Shown here one piece after another: positions 38,400-50,098 of a DNA stretch of 64,000 bases. Source of the DNA: Hydrurus foetidus (taxonomy: Eukaryota). The stretch spans positions 1 to 64,000 of the forward strand of contig UYFQ01000229.1 of assembly GCA_900617105.1 (NCBI GenBank), read 5' to 3'. The translations under genes and the position numbers were made by a program. Position 1 is the first letter of the stretch. Every line of letters begins with the position of its first letter. Below the pieces are notes generated by a model. The model ran no database searches. It was not told the DNA's origin and saw nothing but the letters and a program-made list of their open reading frames with translations.

Positions 38400-38924
38400 T
38401 CCACAGCGTTAGCCTGGTCCAAATCCCAATTATGAGCAATGTATCGCTGTTTATGACCTCTAGTATGTGAGATGTGAGACATCAAGGTGGCATACTAGGT
38501 ATATTATATCTACATACTGCGAACGCAACGCCCAACATGCGGGGTGCAAGCTTGAGAATTTTTAATTAATTCTGGTCCAAGTTCCGAAAAAAAAAGGTCT
38601 TGAGTTCTCCCGAGAAAATGTGAAGAAACTAACATGATCTCGAAATACGCTCAGAATCCTCATCAGACCTATATTTGAGGAGAAAAATCGAAAATTCTGT
38701 GTCTATCTAAGCTCCTCAAATGAATGGAGTTCCTGTGGTCGGCAAAAAAATCGAAAAATTTGATATTTGTCACAGGAAATTTCAATTTTATTGAAGGTAT
38801 GTATTGCATAGCATAACGTTTGTGAGAGAGCCGCGTGGTGTAGTGGTAATATGGCTGGGCGCCACACCCACGGGTCAGATGTTGGACCCAGGCTTGACCA
38901 ACCTTGACAGTATGCGAAAATTGT

Positions 38925-39620
38925 TTTCGAAATTGTACAGAGGGGGGGGGGAAATCTAATCCGACCTGATAATCAAAAAGTTGACCACTTACGAAAAAGT
39001 TTTGCCGAAATTGAACGGAGGGGGGGTGAAATCCAATCCGACCTGATACCGTCGAGTGCCATATGTTCTGTTTTGAAAAAAAAGATTTCGGCAAATCGCC
39101 TTTTTTCGCTCTGAAAATCACTGTTTTTTGGGACAAATTACCGAAATTCTTGCAAATTTCACTGATTTCCGATAAAAAATGTTTCACGGAAAAAGCTATC
39201 TCAATCAGGAAGCAATTTCATGCTTATCTGCTGTCATAATCGAATTCTCCGTAGTTTTTTAGACAAATGCCTCCTTCAGATATTTTTTGAAGCTCCTGCA
39301 GATTGAGAAATTTGACGCCGGCGGTACCATGACTGAAACTTTCACTGCGATTTACACCATTATGCGCTTCACGGAGACCTAATGACTTCATATATCGAAA
39401 GGCTCGGAATTACCTCAGCTTTCTCAATTTTGAACCAAACACCACTTTGAAATGCAGTTGGCTCCGTAACTGCCAAAAATAGGGTCAAAATGGTGATTTT
39501 GGTGGAAAACGGAAAACAAAACATATGGCACTCGACGGTAATTAAAAAGTTGACCGCTTTCGAAAAAGTTTTGCCGAAATTGAACGGAGGGGGGAGGGGG
39601 GAAATCCAATCCGACCTGAT
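38925..39620. repeat. Zator subterminal repeats (three copies of GAAATTG...GG-run...AATCCGACCTGAT)
   Basis: Copies near 38930, 39005 and 39575. Each ends in the inner part of the TIR motif. Confidence 0.7.
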
Positions 39621-39628
39621 TAAATAAT

Positions 39629-39882
39629 CGGAAATAATTTACCGTGTACTGAATTGAGAGATTCGTGTACTGAATTGATAGTTTGATGTACTGAAATCAA
39701 TACTGAGGACTAGGATTAGGGTTAGGATTACGGCGAAGATTAGGGTTAGGATAAGAGTTAGTGTTAGGGCTGAACTCAGAGTCAGGATCAGGGTTAGGGC
39801 TAGAGTTAGGGTGTATTCAGTACATCAAACTACTAATTCAGTACACCAAACTATTAATTCAGTACACTACTAATTGGGTCGC
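39629..39882. mobile_element. MITE-like insertion (about 254 bp) with an internal degenerate TTAGGG tract
   Basis: Flanked by the direct repeat ATTAAATAAT (39619-39628 and 39883-39892). Arms are inverted GTGTACTGAATT / AATTCAGTACAC repeats. Telomere-like core at 39711-39811. Confidence 0.8.
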
Positions 39883-39923
39883 ATTAAATAATCCAAGACT
39901 GCGCCGCCCAGCGAGACGTCTTC

Positions 39924-39970
39924 ATATACTATACAACTACTACAGTGCATTTTCCCCGGATACTCCAACA
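39924..39970 (-). repeat. Displaced 5' tip of the copia B 5' LTR
   Basis: ATATACTATACAACTACTACAGTGCATTTTCCCCGGATACTCCAACA is identical to 18751-18797. Confidence 0.95.
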
Positions 39971-40082
39971 TCCAGCAGAGCGTTCGATACGGAAAGAGAC
40001 AGTGGATTTCCACTGTCGAAAAATGTCGACGTCCAACATCCCCCACCACAATAATCCATGATACAAGATACAAGATTACAAG

Positions 40083-42160
40083 CTATGCAACCAAGTCACT
40101 GAGAGTTCGTGGACGGCTCTGGCACTGGTTCTCCAGCCGCTTGAAATAAGTCCACATGCTAACTTTGGTCGTTTCTGATCTCACTGGCACTGATTTGACA
40201 GAGCTGATATTGAACAATGAAAGCATCTCTCTTTGTGGTAGAATGACATATCCAATCAAGCATGAAGACACTCCCGATCAAGGAAACCAATCCTAATTAC
40301 CAGTATGATGTTGCTATCTTTCAAAAAAATGAAATATCGTCGCACGGTGGAAGCTCTGATGGTTAGGGAGAATATTCGAGAATGCCATTCCTCATCCTCA
40401 CGAGTTAAGCTCCCGCTAAGGAAATTCGAGCCATAGGAATGATATCCATGGATCCAAAGAAAGGTATCAAGTATGCATTATTTTTACGTCTTCAATCGTC
40501 AAATATCGACATGATTCACTTCTTAGATTTAGAGCAGAAATGGATTTTACTCACTGTCGCTGTTCTGTGATCCATGATCTCGATCGCGATTACCGAAGTA
40601 CTCGACGTATTGCTTATCGTCACTCTCATCGCTATCTTTGTCCTTCTTGGCGGTAGCACCGAAACGCTTCTTTTTTCCACCAAATTTTGCACTATCATAT
40701 GCTGCTGCGTGTTTTATTTAGAAGTCAGTCAACTAGTTCTCATCTTCTGACGACACAGAAATATCTTATCGTTACCTGTTATTTTAGTTCGGAGTTCGCC
40801 TGTTATTTCACACGGCTCTGCTGCTTCCTGCACGGCGATTGATCATTAGAGGATTTGGAATCAGTGATGGTATCACCAAGTGTGACGATTACGAGCAGTC
40901 TCGTATCAAGTGTGTTGTTAACCTCAGATGACCTACGACGGGAGTAATACAGTATCTGGCTCATGGCTTTTGCAACAGTAGGAATATCTCTGTTGATTGT
41001 CATCTTCTCCTACGAAAAGAAATACTCATTACGGTGATAATTGTAGCGGATATCAGTGAAAGATGGCAAGATAAGCGGCAGTCACCTTGCTCTTTTTCGA
41101 GGATAAAAGGATTCCTAGTCCCTCTCTTTCCTCCTGTTTCTGCAAATTCCTGATAGCCCCTTGCAGAGCTGGAAATAAAATTGAAGCACTAAGGATCAAA
41201 CCTTTGGAATGGTGTACTTTACATGATGCATACAGATGCTATATTATTTACCTTTGCGTGTTGTCGCTTGCAGAGCTGCAGAAGACTTGGCGATCACTGT
41301 CTTGCGTAGATTTGCGTATGGAACTGTGAAAGAGGCAAGGTCAAAATGAAAAATATTATCTGACGCACTAGCTATTCGTATTGATATTTACCATTTGATG
41401 CGTTTACGTCAAGATAAATAATCAATTGACATGGTGTCACACGCTTTCTGACAGGGGGACTCCCTTCTATTTTGTCCAATTGTTGCTTTCGTCTCTTCCG
41501 AGTATAACCGATTTCATCTTGTGACTCACTCCACGAATTACTGTCCATTTTATTTACAGTTTTCTTTCGACTATTTGAACTCCTTGGACTCTGGACCTCA
41601 TCCCCAGAATCTGCAGCAGGTGTGCTGTAGTGATAAATCTCATCACAATCTCTCTTCGGAGTGAGTGTCAATGATGGAGCGTGCAATACAGGCTCCTCTG
41701 ATGCCTTATAATCGCCGCTGATGCATCGCAGAGTGTGCCCGAATTCCTTCCAATTAAACGACCTAACAGTGGAGAATAGACAGCACGATTGTATGTCACT
41801 ATAGTCTAACAGTGGTCCGCCATTGACATATCGCCATAGTTGCAGAGGGATACCATCGTTACTAGTAATCTGAGGGCCAGGATCCTCTATATTAGACGTC
41901 TCACGCTCTTCATCGTCTACAGATTCATTTTCAAGAGATTGATTCTTTACACCTATCTCTTCCTCCTCTTCCTCATCTTCTCCAGTTGATAACTCTTTCA
42001 AAATTAATGCAACGCTAGCTGTCACCTCCAAATCACTGCTATCGTCGCATTCACGGCATACCGAAATAAATTCTGCAACGCATATTTGATCAGATTCCAG
42101 GCTTTGTGATATTTTCGAAAGCAATATTTCCCGATACTGCAGTGTTGTTAAAGGTACCAT
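40083..42160 (-). CDS. Probable downstream exons of the Topo VI B-like gene (low-complexity C-terminus), structure unresolved
   Basis: A run of minus-strand ORF pieces (41372-42160, 40803-41003, 40516-40698, 40083-40271) directly downstream and on the same strand. No diagnostic motif. Confidence 0.4.
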
Positions 42161-42222
42161 TCTTCTCGGAGATCCGAAATATGTTTCATTGCAAATAAAC
42201 GACTTGAAGGAAACGCTTAATT

Positions 42223-43417
42223 CTAAGCGTAAAATGAAATAAATGGGACATAATAGTAAGAAATGTATTTTCTGTCCTGGCTGTCAATGTCGTGATGAAT
42301 TAAGTTGTTAAATGATTTGAAGTCACCTACAGTCGCGCCACTGGTTGGGAGCATATCCAGGCGAGAGAGGAGGACTTCCAAAGCAGACACGACTGAAAAA
42401 TAATGCACACCATCACAGCAGAGTGATGTAATCATGAGTTTAACAGATGAACAGGCTAAAGTTCTGTTCGTTGACGTACTCACCTCTTCGCACCACACGT
42501 TCAGCTTCTTCATCAACAGATATCACATTTCCAGAAAAGAAATCTAGCGCTGGGAGGCACAAACGCACCTTTGTGCCTACAATCAGTGTAAATGAAGCTT
42601 TCATTGTGAACATTAATGTCGTGCGATGTCTTGACATTTGCAATTACATACCACTTCTAAACCCTTTCAGTGATACACTTATTTCTTGGAAAGCCGTTGG
42701 TTTTCCTTCGCTGCTTAGAATAAAGTCTGTCACCGTAGACTCCTCCTTCAAAAATCGCTTCGAAACGATTCGAGCGGGTTCCCCAGTCTTTAGTAGAGAG
42801 TACAGTAGACAAGCTGATAAGCCAACACCAAATCGTCCCACTGAGAATTATGGGAAATATATGGTTAGAATACCAGGAAGTCATAATTTAGACTTGTCGA
42901 AGAAGAGCGCAACCTAGCGTTTAGACCTGACGATTGCGAAGTACTTGCTGAGGTGGCACTGCCAGATTTTGTGGAGGAGAATACCTTGATGAGTTCCGAT
43001 GGTTTAAGCATTCCACAACCTGAGATTATGACAGCAATGCGTGAGATTCCAGATGACTCCAACAAATGATGAAAATTTCATTCGCACATACCATTATCAT
43101 CGACCTCAAGCAGAATGTAGCCGTTATTGGAGTCATGGCCTGTTGAGCGAAAATGATCATGAATCAATCGTATAGATTGTACATAAACTTGATCCAAAAA
43201 TGCTCAGAAAGGTCGCCATGATAAGATGTTGTCCACCTCGCAAATGAATCTTGATATCTGATTGCGCTCCGCTTAGCCGCGTGTTGTCCCGTAATGAATC
43301 CAAGCTGTTGTCTAGAAGCTCTTTGATACATTGAAACATGGCAGTCTCCGCATCACCAAACCCAAATAATGGGAAATTTTCGACAACGTGCCTGACTGTC
43401 TCGTCATATATGTCCAT
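42223..43417 (-). CDS. DNA topoisomerase VI subunit B-like GHKL ATPase (multi-exon)
   Basis: FPLFGF...QCIKELLDNSLDS (N box), GCGM, VFSSTK and GRFGVGLSACLLYS (G2 box) appear in Top6B order across exons. Confidence 0.75.
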
Positions 43418-43958
43418 ACAATTTTCCACGAGCACCGAGAGATGGAGGCGTCAGATTAGTCGTGATAGCTTGAGAATTTACATCTACGTGTCATCTAGTT
43501 ATATTACAGGTACAGAATCGACGTGAGGATGCCCAACCCGCTCTTCTAACGTCCGGAACGAACCGAACTTTCATAACGGAAATAACGGTGTATGCTGTGC
43601 ATAAAGAACCGACCGTAACTGCCGTAGGCTTTGCGGCGTAGTTATGCTGTATGAGTTGTGCTGTATACTACAGTAATACAGATAGTTTTGACGACGAATC
43701 TTCTGAGAATTCTTTTCTGAGAAGCCGTTCCACTTCATTTCAGAAATAAGTGCCATTCTCAAAGTACTCATGACTTTGTTTTGCAACAAATCATCACTGC
43801 AACTGAACCCGCAGAATACACCCCAGAGGATGTATTTCGTGAAAACTGAAGTGCCTGGGCTACTACTCCTTTTATTATCTTTATAGAACACAAAACATGT
43901 TTAGAATTTATATTTGATTTCTATAAATTTCAATATCACTGGAGTGTTAAGATGCCAC

Positions 43959-46900
43959 TGTAGCCTTATTGCATTCCTAAGGGAATACAATGTGTCTAGG
44001 TTAACTAGGTACAATAGGTATATTACGCTCAGATTCCACTTTTAGGTCTTAGTTCCACATATGACGTGAATGCACTTAGCGTACACATCACTTGTATATA
44101 CTCAACTGTAAGATACTAACACAAGTCTATTCCATCGACTCTCGACTTTGCCTTCGTTTGCCCACGCCTTCCGTCCTCCGCTTTCTCCAACTTCGCCTCT
44201 CGTCCTAGGCCCCGCCGTCAAACCACAATATCGATATTCGGTCTTCACCGAAGTTTCCTCCGAGAAAGTTTTTCTCTTTTCCGACTTTTTGTCTTCGACT
44301 CCTCCAACTTAAACCATCACGTCAAAGTTATGGCTCTACGCCGCCAAGACAAAAAGACATCCTCCATCAACGCCCTTCGGCGAAAGCAGCAACCTCGTGC
44401 TGTAGCCGTCGCGTTCCGACAACGCTATGACGACCATCACAATCGTAGTGGAGACGCAGAGTTTCCTGGGCCACCTGCGGCTCAGGACCCCGCCGGCGAC
44501 CTGTCTGCACCGATTCCTCAGCGGAATTCGGAGCCTGCGGTCATGTCTGTCATTGATATCCCTGTCATTTCGGCGTTATCTGCTTTGTCATTGCAACCAG
44601 CTTCGGCTGTGACACCAGCTTCGGCTGCGATACCAGCTTCGGCTGCGATACCAGATTCAAATGCGACACCAGCTATTGCTGAGAATCCTATTCCAAGGAC
44701 GATGGCACCACCCCAGCAATATGTGCAGACGGGTGAGAGAGCTCCTAAGTTGAGCGCCGTGCCCTCTCGTCAGGAAGTACTACGGGTAATGGAGGTCCTC
44801 CTTTCAAATGGAACTCCATTTAAACCAGTTGACGTAGTCCATGTTTCCAACCATCAATCGTTTACAACGCTTCTCAAGCGTAAGTTTGCAACTGATCCCG
44901 ATCGTCGCGACTCCTGTAACAATTGGAAACATTGGTCGAATCAATTGTTCTGTAGAGAACTCAATCTCACAGTTCCTACATCAGCTGTCAATCGAACTGA
45001 CAAGCTGAGTTTCATTGAAACTGTCTCTCAGGTCGCACTTCAATTCGACCTGAAGGATAAATCAGTGGAAGACAAGACAGATCAGCTTTTAGCTGATATT
45101 GTCGATGGATTCCCTGATGCAACACCCGCTCTCCAACTTCAGGCAACCAAAATTCTAATCGATAAGTTGCCTGTCGAACCTATCAATTGGAGAGCAGTGT
45201 TACAGCGTAGTCTTAACAATACAACGCCAAGACTCATTACAATCGAAGACTTTCGATTCGTATGGCTTGCGCAGCTTGCTAAGCTACGAGAATCAATTGA
45301 TGCCTTACGGTTCATTGATGTCTCTCCTTTGTATGGTGATCACTCTCGCCAAATCAAAGCTCCTCCTCGTTCCTCTCAGGACAAAATCAAAAAACGTCCA
45401 CGAGAGAGCGAACAATCAGTGCAATCAGACAAGTCTGACAAATTCGAAAGACCTCTGTGCACAGGTTGTGGGAGACTTGGCCATTTCGTCGCCACGTGTT
45501 TCTACACTACGTCTCCGTACTATAACAGTACAGACTCACCCTATATCAACTCTGAGGGTCACAAGCAGTTGTTGAAAGTCGATTCAAAGGCTAAGTTTAT
45601 TCCAACTTTACCTAAAACATCGACCTCTTCTTCATTGTCTTCCTCTTCTTCTTCCTCTTCGTCAAAACCTGCTACTTCAACAGCAGACTCGACAAACGCT
45701 GCGAAGAAACACAAAGGTGAGCAACTATGCAACCTAAATTCATCATCTATTCTTTCCGATGATCCAGAACTTATTCCTTTCTTCGTATCTCCCCTCTCAC
45801 AGGAGGTTATGCTGGAAAAAAGTAATAGAGTCTTTACTCTCCTGGACACCGGCTCTTTTGCTGGCAACTTTATACATCGCCGCATTATAACTAATCATAA
45901 TTTCACACAATTCGTTTCTAACTCTTCAAAGAAATTGTGTAAAGTTTGTAGTGGATTAGATAATCATTGTTATGATATTTCTGACACTATAGACTTAACT
46001 CTTTCTTATTTTTGCCCTGATTTAAATAATTATTATACTTTTCAAATCACGGCTTATGTTTTAAACGATTCGAAATTTGATCTAATAGTGGGACGAAAAG
46101 CAATTCGCGAATTGAATTTATTTTCACGTTTCCCCGATCAAATATCTGCCAATGCTTCATCAAGCACTACCTCATTAGCGGAAGTTTTATCTTCTGAACA
46201 AGTGGATATAACGTGTGGCTGTCAGCCTAAGGAGAAGTTGCAACCCTCTGATGGCTCCCCAAAGGTCGATCCTTTAACCCAAAAGGTGAAACCGGCAGTA
46301 ACCCAAACACACGTTATTCTAGCTTCACTAATACAAGAGTCTGAAAGACTTTTTGAGGCTGTGCCCCCTGATGAGGACGAAATCGACGACTCGATCAAGG
46401 ACTCGTTTTCACCTTGGATAGATGAATTTCCTGATACTGACCCACTCTCGCTAATAAACTTAGCAGGTGATGAAGATCAGAAAAATAAACTTCGGTTACT
46501 AGTACACGAATTCAAGGATATATTTAGCAGTGAACTTTCGGCCACTCCTGCTGATATTCCACCCTTTGACTTTCATGTCAATGACGACCAATGGAGAGTT
46601 CCTAAAAATAGACAACCTCCATGGGCTAAATCAACAGTTGATCAAGCTGACATTCTCAGTCAAATTAAAAACTTGAAAAACAAAATATTGTTGAAAAATC
46701 AAACGCGGCTTATTATAGCCAAGTTTTACTAGTTCCAAAATCTGATGGAACTAAGCGCATGTGTATTGATTTTCGGAATCTCAACAATTGTACCGAAGAT
46801 AAATCACATCCTATTCCACACATCGGTGAGATGTTGCGTAGAATAGGTGCACATAAAGCAAAAGTGTTTGCTGTACTTGACCTCACTCAAGGTTACCATC

Positions 46901-49690
46901 AAGCACCACTTACACTTGCTGCACGTGCTTATACTGCATTCATACTTTTCTGCGGAGTATATCAATTCACTCGTTTACCCTTTGGGCCTAAACAAGCACC
47001 CTCCTATTTCCAACAGATCATGACGACTGTTGTGTTAGCAGGGCTGATATACTCTATATGCGAAATGTACATAGATGATTGCAATGTTTTCGGTAAAGAC
47101 ATTGACGAACTTATTTCTAGACTTCGTCTTGTGTTTGATCGATTTAGAAAACACAAAATATTCCTTAAACCGAATAAGTGTTATCTAGGCTATGCCGAAA
47201 TAGATTATGTTGGCAAAGTTCTATCTGCAGATGGACTTAGAATGTCACAAGAAAAATACGGACTGTCTTAGATTTTCCTAAACCAGTACTATCTAAACAA
47301 CTCAAGAGTTTTTAGGATTGGTTAATTATTTTCACGACTTTGTTAGAAACGCTTCTACTGTTGTATACCCGTTACATCAGTTGCTTCTTAACTATAATAA
47401 GTATAAGAAAATAACTTGGACAATAGAATCTCTCAGAGCATTCAATTTGATCAAATCCGAGATTTCAAAATGCACGACTATGCACTTTTTAAGTGACACC
47501 GATCCGATTTACTTGCACACTGATGCATCGGACTATGGTGTAGGTGCCTATCTTTTCCAGCTAGTTGACGGTCAAGAAACGCCCATAGCATTTGTCAGTA
47601 AATCACTTAACAAAGCTCAGCTTCGTTGGGCTGTTATACAAAAAGAAGCATATGCTATCTTTTATTCGTGCACGTATTTAAAATCGCTATTACGTGATCG
47701 TACGTTCACATTGCGTACAGATCATCGTAACTTGTTATACATCAAGGATAATTCAAATCCAATGATTGTTCGGTGGTTTATGGCCTTATCCGAATATTCA
47801 TTTAAAATTGAATATATACCTGGTGCTAACAATGATATAGCTGATTCGATGTCTCGACTCTGTCGCAATAACATGGTTGATTTCCCTCAGGAATATACTC
47901 CTGATGCAATCATGTCTGCTAATACTATTGAAAAATTCAAACTAACACGTGATCAGTACAATACAATCAGTAAAGTACACAATTCACAAGTTGGGCATTT
48001 TGGCCTTGAGCGCACTTTAAAGCGTCTCATTGACAAAAAGATAGTATGGCAATATATGCGTCAGCACGTCAGGTGGTTCATAGATCACTGTTCGTGTTGT
48101 CAGAAAATGAGTATGTTAAAGATACCAATACATGCTCATGGTTTCTCAACTTCTACTTACACACCTATGGAATGCCTTAACATAGACTTCATAGGACCGT
48201 TTCCAGACGGCGGGTACGTACTCGTAATTATCGATACGTTCACAAGATGGGTTGAACTGTTTCATACAGAAGATGCTACAGCACTTTCAACAGCTAAATG
48301 CCTCTTGCAACACTTCGGTCGTTTCGGCGCACCTCTCCAACTCCGTTCTGATAATGGGCCACACTTCATTTCCGAAGTTATTAGAGAGTTTCTAACTCTT
48401 ATTGGCACTCAACATTGTCTTACTTTAGCATACTCTAAAGAAGAAAATGCTATTGTTGAGCGCATGAATAAAGAAGTTAATAGACATCTTCGTGCATTAA
48501 CATTCGATAATGTCACACTAGAAGATTATAAAACGTCACTTCCATTTGTGCAACGAATTTTAAATTCTAATCACAGTGATCGTTTAAAAATATCATCTTC
48601 TCAACTTCTTTTCGGAAATGTACTAAAACTCGATAGAGGTATCTTTTTACCTCCTGCTGAGCGAAATGTTACTGATGACAAACCTTTGTCAAAGCGTATG
48701 AGCAATCTACTCAAAACGCAAGACAGTCTTCTTAAAGCTTCTGCTAAAGAACTTCTTCGCACAGATTTGCTTCATCAAAGTCAGTCTCAAGTTTTTCAGC
48801 ATGTAGATTATCCAAAAGACTCTTATGTCTTAGTGCACTATCGCGATGGATCCCTCCTTCACGTCTTCACACGCATTGGAGAGGCCCATTAAAAGTCGTT
48901 AGTGGCGAAAATTCGCGTTACACACTTTATGATTTAGTCACTCAGAAAACTTCAGAGTTTCATGTTTCTGCAATGAAACCTTTTCTATTTGACCCTTCAA
49001 TCACAAATCCGTTGGATGTTGCACGACGTGATCACATGGAATACTTTGTTGAAGACATTCTTGATCATCGTGGCAAACACCAACGTACCCACATAGAGTT
49101 TTTAGTCAAATGGTTAAATTACCCTTCAGACAAAAACACTTGGGAACCTTATTCAAATCTTCGTGATGTTGATAAACTTCATGATTATTTACGTCATAAT
49201 AACATGACTAAATTAATCAATAAGCAACATCGATGACTTAATATATTTGAAACTTTATCCATGAGGATTCTCTCCTATTTTTTTACCTACGGGTCTTTTT
49301 TGGAGAGTTTAGTCAGTAAAAGTCTGACATAATCGTTTCATCTATATCTCATATACATGTTTTACATATCTCTTTTTCTGTATATCAAATCAAAGATCTT
49401 CAAAAAAGGAAGAAGGGGTAGTGTAGCCTTATTGCATTCCTAAGGGAATACAATGTGTCTAGGTTAACTAGGTACAATAGGTATATTACGCTCAGATTCC
49501 ACTTTTAGGTCTTAGTTCCACATATGACGTGAATGCACTTAGCGTACACATCACTTGTATATACTCAACTGTAAGATACTAACACAAGTCTATTCCATCG
49601 ACTCTCGACTTTGCCTTCGTTTGCCCACGCCTTCCGTCCTCCGCTTTCTCCAACTTCGCCTCTCGTCCTAGGCCCCGCCGTCAAACCACA
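43959..49690 (+). mobile_element. Ty3/gypsy chromovirus, full length and recent
   Basis: 269-bp LTRs TG...CA at 43959-44227 and 49422-49690 with no difference seen by eye. TSD CCAC. PPT AAAAAAGGAAGAAGGGG before the 3' LTR. Domain order PR-RT-RH-IN-chromo. Confidence 0.96.
44330..49236 (+). CDS. Gypsy gag-pol with chromodomain (frameshifts near 46680, 47255 and 48850)
   Basis: CTGCGRLGHFVATC, LLDTGS, MCIDFR/LPFG/YIDD, TDASD...TDH, HHCC plus IDF/SDNG/ERMN, and chromodomain YFVEDILDH...FLVKW...TWEP. Confidence 0.93.
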
Positions 49691-49819
49691 CCACCGTATT
49701 TACACACAGAATATGTTATATAATATTTTTGCATCTACCAAACAGCAGTGCCTCTGCTCTCCGAAAGTGAGTTTTGGAATACAGCTCCAATTGCTCCACC
49801 ATTTCGCTCCTGGATTGTA

Positions 49820-50098
49820 AGGTATGTTTGAAGATCAGATCAGCTTTCAGAAGTGCAATCTGAGTTGAAATGAATTCAATATCAGGTTTGTCCACGATTT
49901 TCTCACCTGATGTGCTCGAAACCCTCCGCTCTCCGAAACTGACTTTTGAGTCTGAGCTCCGATGGCCCCACGATTTCCTTCTTGGTTTGTCAGGTATGTT
50001 TGAAGATGAGATCAATTATCAGAAGTGCAATCCGAGTTGAACTGAATTCAATATCAGGTTTGTGAAGGATTTTCATACCTGATGTGCTCGAAACCCTC
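49820..50098. repeat. Imperfect direct duplication of about 105 bp
   Basis: AGGTATGTTTGAAGAT...GATGTGCTCGAAACCCTC at about 49820-49926 and 49992-50098. Confidence 0.8.

Larger units (their letters stand above)
33404..39908 (-). mobile_element. Zator DNA transposon inserted in the right TIR of Sola1
   Basis: 3-bp TSD CAG (33401-33403 and 39909-39911) and GG...CC termini. TIR GGCGGCGCAGTCTTGGATTAATTAATCAGGTCGGATT, whose right copy is split by the MITE. Confidence 0.87.
24090..39923 (+). mobile_element. Sola1-like DNA transposon carrying nested Kolobok, Zator and MITE
   Basis: TSD ATAT (24086-24089 and 39924-39927), which fits the AWWT site of Sola1. Left TIR GAAGACGTCTCGCTGGGCCCGGGCCC. The right TIR, rebuilt from 33390-33403 plus 39912-39923, differs by one base. 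Sola1-type transposase at 29842-33085. Confidence 0.85.
18471..39970 (-). mobile_element. Ty1/copia LTR retrotransposon, copy B, full length, with its 5' LTR interrupted by a 15.8-kb DNA-transposon nest
   Basis: TSD TCCAG at 18466-18470 and 39971-39975. 3' LTR at 18471-18797. 5' LTR is 23808-24089 plus 39924-39970. gag-pol lies on the minus strand. Confidence 0.95.

Noticed and set aside
39711..39811. True telomere or chromosome-fusion scar
   Set aside because: The tract is short, degenerate, single-orientation and enclosed by inverted arms and a TSD.
24090..39923. Alternative reading with Zator as the outer element (ATAT TSD) and Sola inserted in its left TIR
   Set aside because: It leaves the inner element without matching ends. 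Sola outside and Zator inside gives canonical TSDs (AWWT and 3 bp) and complete TIRs for both.
46670..48860. Programmed ribosomal frameshifts in gypsy pol
   Set aside because: The shifts fall inside RT and IN regions at homopolymers rather than at the gag-pol boundary, so sequencing indels or decay are more likely.
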